Shown piece by piece: positions 18,388-29,016 of a stretch of 64,000 nt of DNA. The position numbers and the translations under genes were made by a program. The notes beneath the pieces were generated by a model. It was not told the DNA's origin and did no database searches. It saw nothing but the letters and a program-made list of their open reading frames with translations. Every line of letters starts with the position of its first letter. The stretch's first letter is position 1. The DNA comes from Minisyncoccota bacterium (lineage in GTDB: Bacteria > Patescibacteriota > Minisyncoccia > UBA6257 > 2-01-FULL-56-20). Location of the stretch: NCBI GenBank assembly GCA_035541415.1, contig DATKNI010000021.1:708-64707 (forward strand), written 5' to 3'.

Positions 18388-20913
18388 ATGCCAGCACACG
18401 ACAAAATCATCATCAAGGGCGCCCGCGAGCACAATCTGAAAAATATCAATCTTGAGATCCCGCGCGACAAAATGGTTGTTTTTACGGGGCTTTCCGGCTC
18501 CGGAAAATCGAGCCTCGCATTCGACACCATTTTCGCCGAAGGCCAGCGCCGCTACATCGAATCATTGTCCGCCTACGCCCGGCAGTTTTTAGGCCGCCTC
18601 GATAAACCCGACGTAGACGACATCGAAGGATTGTCGCCGGCGATTTCGATCGACCAGAAGAGCCACTCTTCGAATCCGCGCTCGACCGTTGCGACGATCA
18701 CCGAAATCTACGATTACCTCCGCGTGCTTTTTGCGCGCGCCGGAAAACCGTTCTGTCCGACCTGCGGCCGTGAAATCCAAAAGCTCACAAATGAAGAGAT
18801 CGTTGATATTGCGATCGACATCGCAAAAGATAATAAAGACAAAAAGAATTTGGTGATCTTGGCTCCGGTCGTCCGCGGGCGCAAAGGGGAATACTACCAG
18901 ATGCTCTACGATTTCTTGAATGCAGGATTTTCCGAAGTGCGCGTAGACGGCAAATATTATTCGCTCCGCGAGCGCGTGGAGCTCAGCCGCTACAAGACGC
19001 ACAACATCGACCTCGTGGTCGACCGCATTCCGGCCGGCATGAACTTCAAAGAAAAAGACAACCGCTTGCGCCTCGCGGAAGCCATCGAGCATGCGCTCAA
19101 ATACGGCAATGACGTGGTGACGGTGATCACCGACAAAGAAGTTTCGCTTTCGGCAAAGTTTACGTGCCCGCACGACGGGTTCTCGTTCCCGGAAATCGAA
19201 CCGCGCCTTTTTTCATTCAACAGTCCGTACGGCGCCTGCCCCGAGTGCCACGGCTTGGGCACGAAAGATTTGTGGTCGGAAGAAATCTGCCCGGTGTGCC
19301 TGGGCAAGCGTTTGCGCGTGGAAAGCTTGAACGTCTTGATCGACGGCAAGAACATCAATTCCGTCGTTGCGTTTTCGATCGAAAACGCTTTTACGTTTTT
19401 TGAGACGATGAAGTTCAAGAGCGCCTCGATGGCCGAAGTCGCCGAAGCTCCGCTCCGCGAAATCAAATCGCGCCTGAAGTTCATGATGGACGTCGGTTTG
19501 GAATATCTGACGCTCGACCGCAAAGCAGGCACGCTCTCCGGCGGCGAAGCCCAGCGCATCCGGCTGGCATCGCAGATCGGCTCGCGCCTCGTGGGAACGC
19601 TCTACATTCTCGATGAGCCGACGATCGGCCTCCATCAGCGCGACAATGCCAAGCTCATCAAAACGCTCCAAGACTTGCGCGATTTGGGCAATACGATCGT
19701 CGTCGTTGAGCACGACGAAGACACAATCCGCGCGGCGGATTATCTTGTGGACATCGGCCCGGCGGCCGGCGTGCATGGCGGGCATGTGGTGGCAAAAGGC
19801 CCGATTCCGGAAATATTAAAAGATTCTAAACAGAATTCGCTCACCTTGCAGTATCTTCGCGGCAAGCAGTTTATCGCCGTTCCCGACGAGCGCCGGAATG
19901 TGGATCCCAAGAAGCACGAATCGCTCAAGATTCGCGGCGCTCACGCGAACAACCTCAAGAACATCGACGTCGACATCCCGCTTCGCCGGCTTACCGCCGT
20001 GACGGGCGTTTCGGGTTCCGGAAAATCGAGCCTCGTGTACGACGTGCTCTACAAGCAGGTTGCCGACAAGCTGAACCATGCCAACTATAAAGCTGGCGGC
20101 GTAAAGCAGATTCTTGGCATGGAATATATTAATCGCATCATCAACATCGACCAGTCGGCAATCGGCCGCACGCCGCGTTCGAATCCGGCGACGTACGTCG
20201 GCGCGTGGACGCACATCCGTGACCTCTTTGCCTCGACCGAAGATGCCCGCGTGCGCGGCTACAAGCCGGGACGCTTCAGCTTTAACGTTCCCGGAGGCCG
20301 GTGCGAAAACTGCGAGGGCCACGGCACGATCGCCATCGAAATGCACTTCTTGCCGACGGTGTACGTGACCTGCGACATCTGCAAGGGAAAGCGCTTCGAC
20401 CGCGAAACGCTCGAAGTGGAATATAAAGGAAAAAATATTTATGACATTTTGCGGATGACGATCGAGGAAGCCGTGAAGTTTTTTGAGGACATCCCATGGC
20501 TCCATGAAAAGTTAACCATTTTGGAGGAGGTCGGTTTGGGATATCTCGAGCTTGGACAATCGGCGACGACTTTGAGCGGCGGCGAAGCCCAGCGCATCAA
20601 GCTTTCCGCCGAACTCGGAAAACGCGACACGCGCCGTACGTTGTATCTTCTCGATGAGCCGACCACCGGCTTGCATTTTGCGGATGTCGACCAGCTCATC
20701 AAAGTTTTGCAGCGCCTCGTTGATCGCGGCAATACGATCGTCGTCATTGAACATAATCTTGACGTCATCAAGACCGCCGACTGGATCATTGACCTCGGCC
20801 CGGAAGGCGGCGAGCGCGGCGGCAGGGTGATCGTGGCGGGGACGCCCGAACAGGTCGCCCGCAAAGCAGGCAGCTTTACCGGGCAATATCTGAGGAAGGT
20901 GCTGCAGCGCTAG
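18388..20913 (+). CDS. uvrA: excinuclease ABC subunit A (compact, ~841 aa)
   Basis: N-terminus [63 protein letters not shown], two ABC modules, and zinc motifs ([24 protein letters not shown]...CDICKGKRF). The start is moved to ATG 18388 (MPAHDKII). Confidence 0.9.
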   Translation: MPAHDKIIIKGAREHNLKNINLEIPRDKMVVFTGLSGSGKSSLAFDTIFAEGQRRYIESLSAYARQFLGRLDKPDVDDIEGLSPAISIDQKSHSSNPRSTVATITEIYDYLRVLFARAGKPFCPTCGREIQKLTNEEIVDIAIDIAKDNKDKKNLVILAPVVRGRKGEYYQMLYDFLNAGFSEVRVDGKYYSLRERVELSRYKTHNIDLVVDRIPAGMNFKEKDNRLRLAEAIEHALKYGNDVVTVITDKEVSLSAKFTCPHDGFSFPEIEPRLFSFNSPYGACPECHGLGTKDLWSEEICPVCLGKRLRVESLNVLIDGKNINSVVAFSIENAFTFFETMKFKSASMAEVAEAPLREIKSRLKFMMDVGLEYLTLDRKAGTLSGGEAQRIRLASQIGSRLVGTLYILDEPTIGLHQRDNAKLIKTLQDLRDLGNTIVVVEHDEDTIRAADYLVDIGPAAGVHGGHVVAKGPIPEILKDSKQNSLTLQYLRGKQFIAVPDERRNVDPKKHESLKIRGAHANNLKNIDVDIPLRRLTAVTGVSGSGKSSLVYDVLYKQVADKLNHANYKAGGVKQILGMEYINRIINIDQSAIGRTPRSNPATYVGAWTHIRDLFASTEDARVRGYKPGRFSFNVPGGRCENCEGHGTIAIEMHFLPTVYVTCDICKGKRFDRETLEVEYKGKNIYDILRMTIEEAVKFFEDIPWLHEKLTILEEVGLGYLELGQSATTLSGGEAQRIKLSAELGKRDTRRTLYLLDEPTTGLHFADVDQLIKVLQRLVDRGNTIVVIEHNLDVIKTADWIIDLGPEGGERGGRVIVAGTPEQVARKAGSFTGQYLRKVLQR

Positions 20914-20940
20914 CGGCGGCGATTGGCATATAATAGATAC

Positions 20941-21222
20941 ATGCCCCATATCATCGACAATAAAATTTACCATGACGGTCGTGAGATCGCCTGGATCGAC
21001 GGCAAGCAGATAAAGACCGATTCGGGCAACCAGGTGCTCGGCTATATCGGCACGGAGCACGTGTACGACGCCAAGAATAACCGGATTGCCTACATCGAGA
21101 ACGACGCCCTCCATTTTGAAAACGGCGAGCCGAGCGTGTCGCTCGAAAAAGTTAACCAGGAGATCCAGGGCACGTATCCGCTCAACGTGAAGTGCGCCGT
21201 GTACGTGCTCGTCGAGTACTGA
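20941..21222 (+). CDS. hypothetical protein (93 aa) translationally coupled to uvrC
   Basis: TATAAT lies 6 nt upstream of ATG 20941. The stop TGA overlaps the uvrC ATG (TGATG). The sequence shows an internal repeat-like segment (IAWIDGKQIKTDSGNQ / IAYIENDALHFENGE). Confidence 0.4.
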   Translation: MPHIIDNKIYHDGREIAWIDGKQIKTDSGNQVLGYIGTEHVYDAKNNRIAYIENDALHFENGEPSVSLEKVNQEIQGTYPLNVKCAVYVLVEY

Positions 21223-22490
21223 TGTTAAAAAAAGATTATAAAAAACTTCCCGATACGCCCGGCGTCTACATCATGAAAAACGCCGCGGGCGAGATTCTTT
21301 ACGTCGGCAAAGCGGGGAACCTGCGCCGGCGCGTTTCGAGTTATTTCGAACGCCCGCACGATGTCCGCATCGAACGGCTCGTCTCGCGCATCGTGAGCAT
21401 CGACTTCAAGCAGACGGATACGGCGCTCGAGGCACTCATCTTGGAAGCCGAGCTCATCAAAAAACACGCGCCGCCGTTCAACGTGCGCGAGAAGGACGAT
21501 AAGAGCTTTTTGTACGTCGAGATCACCAAAGAAAAATTCCCGCGCGTTCTTTTAGTGCGCGGACAGGATCCCGCGGCGGGGAAGCGGTACGGTCCGTTCA
21601 CGTCGGCGTCGAGCGCCCGCGAAGCGCTCCGGATCCTTCGCCGCATTTTCCCGTGGAATTCGCATGATCCCGAAGACATCGGCAGGCTCAAGCGCCCGTG
21701 CTTCAATTTTGAAATCGGCTTGTGTCCCGGAACCTGCGTGGGAGCCGTGACGCGCGAGGAATATCAAAAAACGATCGACCGCCTCAAATTATTTTTTGAC
21801 GGAAAAAAGAAAAAAGTATTGCAGTCGTTCGAAAAAGACATGCGCGCGGCAAGCAAGGCGCTCGACTTCGAGAAAGCGGAAAAACTGCGGCGCCAGATGT
21901 TCGCCTTGCGGCACATCCGCGAGACTGCGCTCATTGCGAGCGGTGATTCGCTGCCGATCGATCCGGAGGCGGAATCGCCGCACGGCGGCGCGGATGGCGA
22001 GGCGTACCGCATCGAGGGGTATGACATCTCGAATATTTCAGGCACGGACGCCGTTGGCTCCATGGTCGTATTTGAAGACGGCGAACCGAACAAGAACGAA
22101 TACCGCAAATTTAAGATTAAAAGCATTTTCCAGCCGAACGACGTCGGCATGCTCACGGAAGTTCTCGAACGGCGCTTCCACCGGCACGCGATCGATATAA
22201 AAGGAAAAGAACTTAGCGCCATAAAACGCGACGCGTGGCGGCTGCCGAACCTCATTTTGATCGACGGGGGCGTCGCGCAGGCGAACGCGGCAAAAAAAGT
22301 TTTGCTGCGCGCCGGTTTGCGCATCCCCATTCTCGGCATTGCAAAAGGGCCCGAACGGAAACGCAACGACATTATCGGCGCAATTCCCAAAGGCGTAACG
22401 AAGGAAACGCTCATCCGCGTGCGCAACGAAGCGCATCGCTTTGCGATCGGATATCACAAAGCCCTTCGGGGACGAAGGGCTTTGGGCTGA
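21222..22490 (+). CDS. uvrC: excinuclease ABC subunit C, short form lacking the C-terminal (HhH)2 domain
   Basis: GIY-YIG motif LPDTPGVYIMKNAAGEILYVGKAGNLRRRVSSYF, a UVR domain (LDFEKAEKLRRQMFALRHI), an RNase-H-like endonuclease core (IEGYDISNISGTDAVGSMVVF) and the motif RNEAHRFAIGYH. The protein ends ~20 aa after this motif. Confidence 0.85.
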   Translation: MLKKDYKKLPDTPGVYIMKNAAGEILYVGKAGNLRRRVSSYFERPHDVRIERLVSRIVSIDFKQTDTALEALILEAELIKKHAPPFNVREKDDKSFLYVEITKEKFPRVLLVRGQDPAAGKRYGPFTSASSAREALRILRRIFPWNSHDPEDIGRLKRPCFNFEIGLCPGTCVGAVTREEYQKTIDRLKLFFDGKKKKVLQSFEKDMRAASKALDFEKAEKLRRQMFALRHIRETALIASGDSLPIDPEAESPHGGADGEAYRIEGYDISNISGTDAVGSMVVFEDGEPNKNEYRKFKIKSIFQPNDVGMLTEVLERRFHRHAIDIKGKELSAIKRDAWRLPNLILIDGGVAQANAAKKVLLRAGLRIPILGIAKGPERKRNDIIGAIPKGVTKETLIRVRNEAHRFAIGYHKALRGRRALG

Positions 22491-22503
22491 CGCACGGACT
22501 TTC

Positions 22504-23061
22504 TTAGTTGGTCACCGTAAACACCGGGCTCACGAGAGGCGGCAGATTATTGCCGTCGAATGATAAGCGGATTTTGTACGTTCCCGGAACGAGTTCTTTC
22601 TTGAGGGGGCTGTAGCGGGAAAGCGCATATTCGCGCGTGTCCCAACTGTAGGAGGTTTGTCCGGTTCCCGTTTCGGAAAGGATTGTGCCGACAAAATTTC
22701 CTTTGGCATCAAGAAGATCGATGACGCCCGTGATGTTGCCGGCTTTGTCCCAGCTGATCGAGTTTGATGCGCCGATTTTCCATTGACCATTTGCGGCCGG
22801 CGCAATGAGATGAATGACGAAGGGGGGATTCCGGCGTACCGTGGTGCCGGTGTGCGAGCCCGACGTGCCGTTCGTTCCGGCGGTGGTCGAGGCCCCGGGC
22901 GTTCCGGTCGCGTTATCGGTCGAAGCGGTCACCGCGGTCGAAGACGACGAGGGATTCGAAGCCGATTTTTTTGCGCCGCCGTAGACGAGGATTATTGCAA
23001 CTGCGACAACGATAATGAGCGCCACGGCAACCGCTTTGCCGGTATTGCTTATTTTGTCCAT
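22504..23061 (-). CDS. hypothetical membrane-anchored protein with S/T-rich linker and C-terminal beta-rich domain
   Basis: TM segment VAVALIIVVAVAIILVYG, then SSSSTAVTASTDNATGTPGASTTAGTNGTSGSHTGTT, then a globular C-terminus. The start is taken at MDKISN. Confidence 0.45.
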   Translation of the reverse strand: MDKISNTGKAVAVALIIVVAVAIILVYGGAKKSASNPSSSSTAVTASTDNATGTPGASTTAGTNGTSGSHTGTTVRRNPPFVIHLIAPAANGQWKIGASNSISWDKAGNITGVIDLLDAKGNFVGTILSETGTGQTSYSWDTREYALSRYSPLKKELVPGTYKIRLSFDGNNLPPLVSPVFTVTN

Positions 23062-23076
23062 AATGAAAGTTATACC

Positions 23077-23667
23077 ATGAATGCCCGCTTCCAACAATAT
23101 ATTCTTCCATCGCTCAAAAAAGGGGCGATCGGCGTTTTGCCCACGGATACGATCTATGGCATTGTGGGATCGGCGCTCAACAAAAAAGCCATTGAGCGGA
23201 TTTACCGTTTGCGAAAGCGCAGTCCCAAGAAGCCGGTCATCGTCCTCATCGGCTCATTGCATGATGTTAAAAAATTCGGAGTCGCCCTTTCCCCGGATAT
23301 TAAAAAAACATTAAGCACGGTGTGGCCTAATCAGGTGAGCGTGATTTTGCCCGTCGGCACCGCGTCCGCGCGAAGAAAATTTTCATATCTCCACCGGGGG
23401 ACGAACGCGATCGCGTTCCGCCTGCCAAAGCCGCTCTGGCTGCGGCAGCTGCTCACGGCAAGCGGCCCGCTTGCCGCACCAAGCGCGAATGTTGAAGGCG
23501 AACCGCCGGCAAAGACCATAAAAGAGGCCAAGGGATATTTCGGCGACCGCGTGGATTTCTATGTTGACGCCGGAAAGCGCGTTTCCGAGCCGTCAACGCT
23601 CGTCGGCGTGGAAGGCGGAAAACTGAGCGTTATCCGCACGGGAGCCGTTCGCGTAAAAACCGCGTGA
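23077..23667 (+). CDS. tsaC: L-threonylcarbamoyladenylate synthase (TsaC/YrdC family)
   Basis: YrdC motifs GVLPTDTIYGIVGSALNKKAIERIYRLRKRSPKKPVIVLIGS and AAPSAN. The ORF track start (22783) is over-extended through an Arg/Gly-rich, non-coding-looking stretch. Confidence 0.8.
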   Translation: MNARFQQYILPSLKKGAIGVLPTDTIYGIVGSALNKKAIERIYRLRKRSPKKPVIVLIGSLHDVKKFGVALSPDIKKTLSTVWPNQVSVILPVGTASARRKFSYLHRGTNAIAFRLPKPLWLRQLLTASGPLAAPSANVEGEPPAKTIKEAKGYFGDRVDFYVDAGKRVSEPSTLVGVEGGKLSVIRTGAVRVKTA

Positions 23668-23679
23668 TATAATTTTTAT

Positions 23680-25359
23680 ATGTTGGCCGACGAGATCAAA
23701 CAATTCTTCCACGGGGAGGTGGCGGAGGATTCCGCTACGATTGAAACATTCAGCCGCGACTATTCGGTTTTTAAGGTAAAGCCGCAGCTCGTGGTTTTTC
23801 CGAAAGACGTTGACGACGTCAAGAACCTGGTGAAGTTCGTTTCAAAAAAGAAGGCCGAAGGCGTGGACATCTCGATCACGGGCCGCTCGGCGGGCACCGA
23901 CATGACGGGCGGGCCGCTCAACCAGGGGATCATCGTTTCATTCACCAAATATTTCAATCATGTAAAGGAGATCCACGAGTCGACGACGAGCGCCGACGAA
24001 GCATATGCCGTCGTCGAACCCGGCGTTTACTTCCGGGATTTTGAAAAGCAGATCACGCCGAAAGGCCTTTTGTATCCCTCATATCCCGCATCAAAGGAAT
24101 TGTGCGCTTTGGGCGGCATCGTAAACAATAATTCCGGCGGCGAGAAGACATTGCGCTATGGCAAAACGGAGGACTACGTCCGCGAGCTTGATGTTGTGTT
24201 GAGCGACGGCAATGAATACACGATCAAGCCGCTCGAGGGCGGCGCGCTCCGGGCCAAACTCAACGAGCCTGGTTTTGAAGGCGACATCTATCGCAAGGTA
24301 TACGACCTCGTCGATAAAAATTACGACGTCATCAAGAAAGCAAAGCCCGACGTCTCAAAAAATTCCGCAGGGTATTATCTCTGGAACGTGTGGGACAAGA
24401 AAGTGTTTGATCTCACGAAGCTCATCGTCGGATCGCAGGGGACGCTCGCGATGCTCGCAAGCGCAAAGCTCGGCTTGGTGCGCCTCAAAAAACATTCGCG
24501 GCTGTGCGTTATTTTCCTCAAAGACCTCGGTCCCGTGGCGGATCTCGTCGTCGAAGTTCTCAAGTTTCATCCCGAGAGCATTGAATCCTATGACGATAAG
24601 ACCATGCAGGTTGCCGTGAAATTCTGGTGGCAGATTCTGAAGTCCATGAAGGGCGGCGTCTTCAAGCTTGGCTGGCAGTTCATTCCGGAAATGTGGATGG
24701 TGGCGACGGGCGGCATGCCAAAAATGATCCTGCTCGTGGAGCTTACGGGCGATGACGAGAAAGAGCTCGTCGCCAAGCTCATGCAGCTTGCGAGCGACGT
24801 GCGTGTTTTTGCAAAAACACATCCGGGCATCCAGGTGAATCCGCTCCACAACGAAGGCGACGAAGAGAAATATTGGACGATCCGCCGCCAGAGCTTTGCC
24901 TTGCTCCACAACAACACCACCGGCAAAGATACCGCGCCCTTCATTGACGACTTTTGCGTGAAGCCGGAGTTCCTGCCGGAGTTCATGCCGAAGCTGAATG
25001 CGATTCTTGATAACTACAAGAAGGACCTCATTTATACGATTACGGGCCATCCTGGCAACGGCAATTTTCACATCATCCCGCTCATGGACCTCAAAGACCC
25101 GCGGGTGCGGCGCTTGATCCCCGAAATTTCAGAAAAAGTTTACCGGCTCGTGTTCCAATATCACGGGACGATCACGGCCGAGCATAATGACGGCCTGATC
25201 CGCACGCCGTATCTCGAAGAGATGTACGGCCCGGAGATCGAAGGGTTCTTTAAGGAGGTAAAAAACATTTTTGACCCGCAAAACATTTTCAACCCCGGGA
25301 AAAAAGTAGGCGGCAACCTCAAATACAGCGTGGATCACATCACGCCGACGCACTGGTAG
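23680..25359 (+). CDS. FAD-linked oxidoreductase (FAD_binding_4 / GlcD-like dehydrogenase)
   Basis: N-terminal FAD-binding PCMH-type region (VVFPKDVDDVKNLVKFVSKK...ITGRSAGTDMTGGPLNQGIIVSF) plus a C-terminal oxidase domain. Confidence 0.7.
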   Translation: MLADEIKQFFHGEVAEDSATIETFSRDYSVFKVKPQLVVFPKDVDDVKNLVKFVSKKKAEGVDISITGRSAGTDMTGGPLNQGIIVSFTKYFNHVKEIHESTTSADEAYAVVEPGVYFRDFEKQITPKGLLYPSYPASKELCALGGIVNNNSGGEKTLRYGKTEDYVRELDVVLSDGNEYTIKPLEGGALRAKLNEPGFEGDIYRKVYDLVDKNYDVIKKAKPDVSKNSAGYYLWNVWDKKVFDLTKLIVGSQGTLAMLASAKLGLVRLKKHSRLCVIFLKDLGPVADLVVEVLKFHPESIESYDDKTMQVAVKFWWQILKSMKGGVFKLGWQFIPEMWMVATGGMPKMILLVELTGDDEKELVAKLMQLASDVRVFAKTHPGIQVNPLHNEGDEEKYWTIRRQSFALLHNNTTGKDTAPFIDDFCVKPEFLPEFMPKLNAILDNYKKDLIYTITGHPGNGNFHIIPLMDLKDPRVRRLIPEISEKVYRLVFQYHGTITAEHNDGLIRTPYLEEMYGPEIEGFFKEVKNIFDPQNIFNPGKKVGGNLKYSVDHITPTHW

Positions 25360-25415
25360 CAGCTTTGATGGCGGAGGCGGGATTTCCGTGGTATCCTGAT
25401 GAAAATTATCCTCCC

Positions 25416-26663
25416 ATGCGCCAGTCAGAGCTTTTCACGCGTACCCAAAAATCAGCCCCAAAGGACGAGGTGGCGCTTAACGCCCAACTTCTCTCGCGAG
25501 GCGGTTTTATTTATAAGAATTCGGCTGGCGTATATTCGTTTTTGCCGCTCGGTTTCCGCGTTTTAGAAAAAATTAAGAATATTATTCGCGAGGAAATGAA
25601 TGCCGTCGGCGGCCAGGAGCTCATCATGGCGGCGCTTCATGACAAGCATTATCTGCAGGCGAGCGGGCGCTGGGACGTCGACGTCGTCTATAAGGTCATC
25701 GACGGAACGGCCAACGACGGCGACAAGGCGAGGGAGCCGTCGTTCAATATCAGTTGGACGCACGAAGAGATCATTGCCGAGATTGCAACCAAATACGTCA
25801 GTTCATACAAAGACCTTCCGTTTGCCGCGTACCAGATTCAGACCAAGTTCCGCCACGAACCGCGCGCAAAATCCGGCTTGCTCCGCGGCCGCGAATTTTT
25901 AATGAAAGATATGTACAGCTTCCACGCGAGCGAGAAGGATTTGATGGAATATTATGATCGCGTCGGCAAGGCGTATAAGAAAGTTTTTGATCGGTGCGGC
26001 CTCAAGGCGCATTACACCCTCGCCGCGGGCGGCGAATTCACGATGAGCAACACGCACGAGTTCCAGGTCATCTCCGACGTGGGGGAAGACGCGATTTATG
26101 TTTGCGAGAAATGCGGCTACGCGGAAAATTCCGAAATTTCCAAACTCAAAAAAGGCGCGAAGTGCCCAACATGCGGCGGCGCAATGCAAGAAGAAAAATC
26201 GATCGAAGTCGGCAACATTTTCCCGCTGGGCACAAAATATTCCAAGGCATTCGGGTTGCAGTTCACCGACGAGAAAGGCAAGAAGCAGGACGTCGTGATG
26301 GGCTCCTACGGCATCGGCGTCACGCGCCTCATGGGCACGATCGTTGAGCTTTTCCACGACGATCATGGTATACTATGGCCGGAGTCGGTGGCTCCATTCA
26401 CGACGCACCTTTTGGCCTTGAATGACGCCGACGCGAGCGATGCGTATGAGGCTTTACGCCGCGAAAACATTGATGTACTCTATGACGATAGAGCGATGTC
26501 TGCGGGCGAAAAGTTCGCGGAGTCGGATCTTATCGGCATCCCGTGGCGCATCGTGGCGAGCCCCAAGCTCGGCCCGGGCGTCCTCGAAGTGAAGCGCCGC
26601 GGCGAAAAGGAGGCGAGAACCTTAAAGCTCGAGGAAGCAGTCCGTTTCGTAAGCTCCCATTAG
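25416..26663 (+). CDS. proS: proline--tRNA ligase (compact form without large editing insertion)
   Basis: MRQSELFTRTQKSAPKDEVALNAQLLSRGGFI, class II motifs (FRHEPRAKSGLLRGREFLMKDMYSF, GSYGIGVTRLMG) and a Zn-ribbon insertion (CEKCGYAEN...CPTCGG). Confidence 0.85.
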   Translation: MRQSELFTRTQKSAPKDEVALNAQLLSRGGFIYKNSAGVYSFLPLGFRVLEKIKNIIREEMNAVGGQELIMAALHDKHYLQASGRWDVDVVYKVIDGTANDGDKAREPSFNISWTHEEIIAEIATKYVSSYKDLPFAAYQIQTKFRHEPRAKSGLLRGREFLMKDMYSFHASEKDLMEYYDRVGKAYKKVFDRCGLKAHYTLAAGGEFTMSNTHEFQVISDVGEDAIYVCEKCGYAENSEISKLKKGAKCPTCGGAMQEEKSIEVGNIFPLGTKYSKAFGLQFTDEKGKKQDVVMGSYGIGVTRLMGTIVELFHDDHGILWPESVAPFTTHLLALNDADASDAYEALRRENIDVLYDDRAMSAGEKFAESDLIGIPWRIVASPKLGPGVLEVKRRGEKEARTLKLEEAVRFVSSH

Positions 26664-26740
26664 GGCTTCCGGCCGGGCAGGCACGAATAATGTTTTCTCC
26701 ACGGTAATAATAATTATTAAGTTTTCATTAAATTTTTCGG

Positions 26741-27784
26741 ATGGCAATCTTCGATTCAATCTTCAAAGATATCGGCATTGACCTCGGAACGGCCAACTCG
26801 CTCATCTATGTAAAAGGGAAAGGAATCCTGGTTAACGAACCTTCGGTTGCGGCAATCAATACCAAAACGAACCATGTGCTTGCGGTCGGCGACGAAGCAA
26901 AGAAAATGCTCGGGCGCGTCCCGCCGCACATCAACGTCGTCCGTCCGCTCGTGAACGGCGTAATTTCCGATTTTGAAATGACGGAAGAAATGCTCCGCCA
27001 TTTGCTCATGCGCCCCAAGGCGAGTCCGGTCGTTTCATACCGCCGGGCGATCCTTGCCATACCGAACAACCTCACGGAAGTCGAGCGCAAATCCGTCGAG
27101 GACGCGGCAATCAATGCCGGCGTCTCCAAGGTGTATCTCGTTGAATCGCCGACCGCAGCGGCGCTCGGCGCCGGCCTCCCAATCGAGCTCCCGTCGGCGA
27201 GCCTCATCATTGACATCGGTGGCGGCACGACGGACATCGCCGTGATCTCCATGGGCGGCACGGTGGTCTCCCGGACGCTCAAAGTTGCCGGCGACCGCTT
27301 TAACGAAGACATCATGCGGTTTGTGCGCGACGAATTCCACCTTGCGATCGGCGAGCCGACGGCAGAATTCGCAAAGATCGCCGTGGGTTCCGCGATGCCG
27401 CTCGACGAGCGCATGGAAGTGCCGATCCGCGGCCGCGACCTTTCGACTGGCTTGCCGCTCGAGATCATCATGAAGAATAACCACGTCCGCATGGCGCTTT
27501 CCAAATCACTCCGCCAGATCATCGATTCGGTTCATGAAGTGATCGAAGAGACGCCGCCGGAACTTGCGGGCGACGTTTTGCGCCAGGGGATCATGCTCTG
27601 CGGAGGCGGAGCGCTCCTGCGCGGCCTCGACGAACTCATCGAGAAGGAAACGAATGTGGCCGTCCATGTGGCCGACGACCCGCTCACGTGCGTGGCGCGC
27701 GGTTTGGGTCAGATCGTGGACAATCTCGAAGAGCATCGCGAGCTGCTCGACAACCCTCTGAAGCCGCTCTCGATCAATTTATAA
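26741..27784 (+). CDS. mreB: rod shape-determining actin homologue
   Basis: IGIDLGTANSLIYVKGKGILVNEPSVAAI...IDIGGGTTDIAVIS...CGGGALLRGLDELI. Confidence 0.95.
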   Translation: MAIFDSIFKDIGIDLGTANSLIYVKGKGILVNEPSVAAINTKTNHVLAVGDEAKKMLGRVPPHINVVRPLVNGVISDFEMTEEMLRHLLMRPKASPVVSYRRAILAIPNNLTEVERKSVEDAAINAGVSKVYLVESPTAAALGAGLPIELPSASLIIDIGGGTTDIAVISMGGTVVSRTLKVAGDRFNEDIMRFVRDEFHLAIGEPTAEFAKIAVGSAMPLDERMEVPIRGRDLSTGLPLEIIMKNNHVRMALSKSLRQIIDSVHEVIEETPPELAGDVLRQGIMLCGGGALLRGLDELIEKETNVAVHVADDPLTCVARGLGQIVDNLEEHRELLDNPLKPLSINL

Positions 27785-27800
27785 TTTTTTAACCTTTCCC

Positions 27801-28502
27801 GTGACTCCTCGCAGGTCTCATCGATGGATTCTCGGAATCCTCATTATTTTTCTCGTTGCCGCAATCCTTTTTGCGCCCTCGTACGGTTGGAAGCTCCGGG
27901 ATTTGGTGAGTCCGCGCGAGAATGCGGTTGCCGGCCAGACGGGGCCGAACGCAGACGACCCGAATCTTGTTGCCGAAAACGACGCCCTGAAGGCCCAGCT
28001 CGCGACGTATCAAACGATTTCGGCGGAGCTGCCGAACGATAATTCGCACTACATCCGCGCCATGGTATATTCGCGGTACCCGTTTAATTTCAAAAATCAG
28101 ATTCTCGTGAGCGCCGGCGCGCAGGATGGCGTGTCATCCGGAACGGCAGTGTTGTTCCAGGGAATGCTGCTCGGCCGCATCATCCAAATTTTTCCGCACG
28201 AGGCGATCGTCCAGACCGTGCTCGACAGCGGTTTTGAAATGCCGGTGCGCGTGAGTTCGTCGGGCTACGACGGACTCTTCATGGGGGGAGCGTCTCCCAA
28301 GGTTGGCTCAATTGCAAAAACCGCGGCGCTCCAAACCGGAGACGTGGTGTATGCCGCGGCATCCGGCCTGCCGTACGGATTGCCGCTCGGAACAGTGACG
28401 GCGACCAGCACGTCGGCCGACAGTTTATTTACCGAAGCGGCGATTGGGTTTCCCTACGACATGAATGCGGTCCAAACGGTCCTTATTGCGCAGACTCCAT
28501 GA
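27801..28502 (+). CDS. mreC: rod shape-determining protein MreC
   Basis: N-terminal TM, coiled-coil (LVAENDALKAQLATYQ) and C-terminal beta domain. Positioned between mreB and mreD. Confidence 0.75.
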   Translation: MTPRRSHRWILGILIIFLVAAILFAPSYGWKLRDLVSPRENAVAGQTGPNADDPNLVAENDALKAQLATYQTISAELPNDNSHYIRAMVYSRYPFNFKNQILVSAGAQDGVSSGTAVLFQGMLLGRIIQIFPHEAIVQTVLDSGFEMPVRVSSSGYDGLFMGGASPKVGSIAKTAALQTGDVVYAAASGLPYGLPLGTVTATSTSADSLFTEAAIGFPYDMNAVQTVLIAQTP

Positions 28503-28933
28503 TGAGATTCCTTCTGGCATGTCTTTTCCTCGCGCTTGCTTTTGTCTTGCAGTTTTGGTTTGCGTCGATCGGCATTTCCATCAATTTTATTTTTACGGCG
28601 CTCATCGCGTTTGCATTTCTTTTTGATTTCTGGGATGTGCTCTTTTTTATTCTCGCCGCGATCTTCGTCGTGAATTGGCAGCCGGCGATGAGCTGGGAGA
28701 TGTTCATCCTCGCCGCAATCCCGTTTGCGGCGTATCTCCTGCACAACTATTCGACGTGGGAGGCGTGGGTGGCGAACCTCGCTTGCATCGTGATCGGGCT
28801 TCTTATCCTCTATATTGCCATTGCGCCGCGGTTCTTCACGGCGAATCTCGGCGTATTCTTCGTTGACCTTTTTGGATGCCTTATCTTTGGATCCATTGTT
28901 TTCGGCGCGCTCAACCGGCGCGAAGGGCGATAG
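28499..28933 (+). CDS. mreD: rod shape-determining protein MreD (polytopic membrane protein)
   Basis: Highly hydrophobic 144-aa ORF overlapping the mreC stop by 4 nt. Position and size fit MreD. Confidence 0.55.
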   Translation: MMRFLLACLFLALAFVLQFWFASIGISINFIFTALIAFAFLFDFWDVLFFILAAIFVVNWQPAMSWEMFILAAIPFAAYLLHNYSTWEAWVANLACIVIGLLILYIAIAPRFFTANLGVFFVDLFGCLIFGSIVFGALNRREGR

Positions 28934-29016
28934 CGGCTGTTCGATCGCCAACCGCCATCACGCGGGACGCCCGCGTTTTTCATAATTTTTTAACGTGGTA
29001 AAATAGGCGTACCAGC

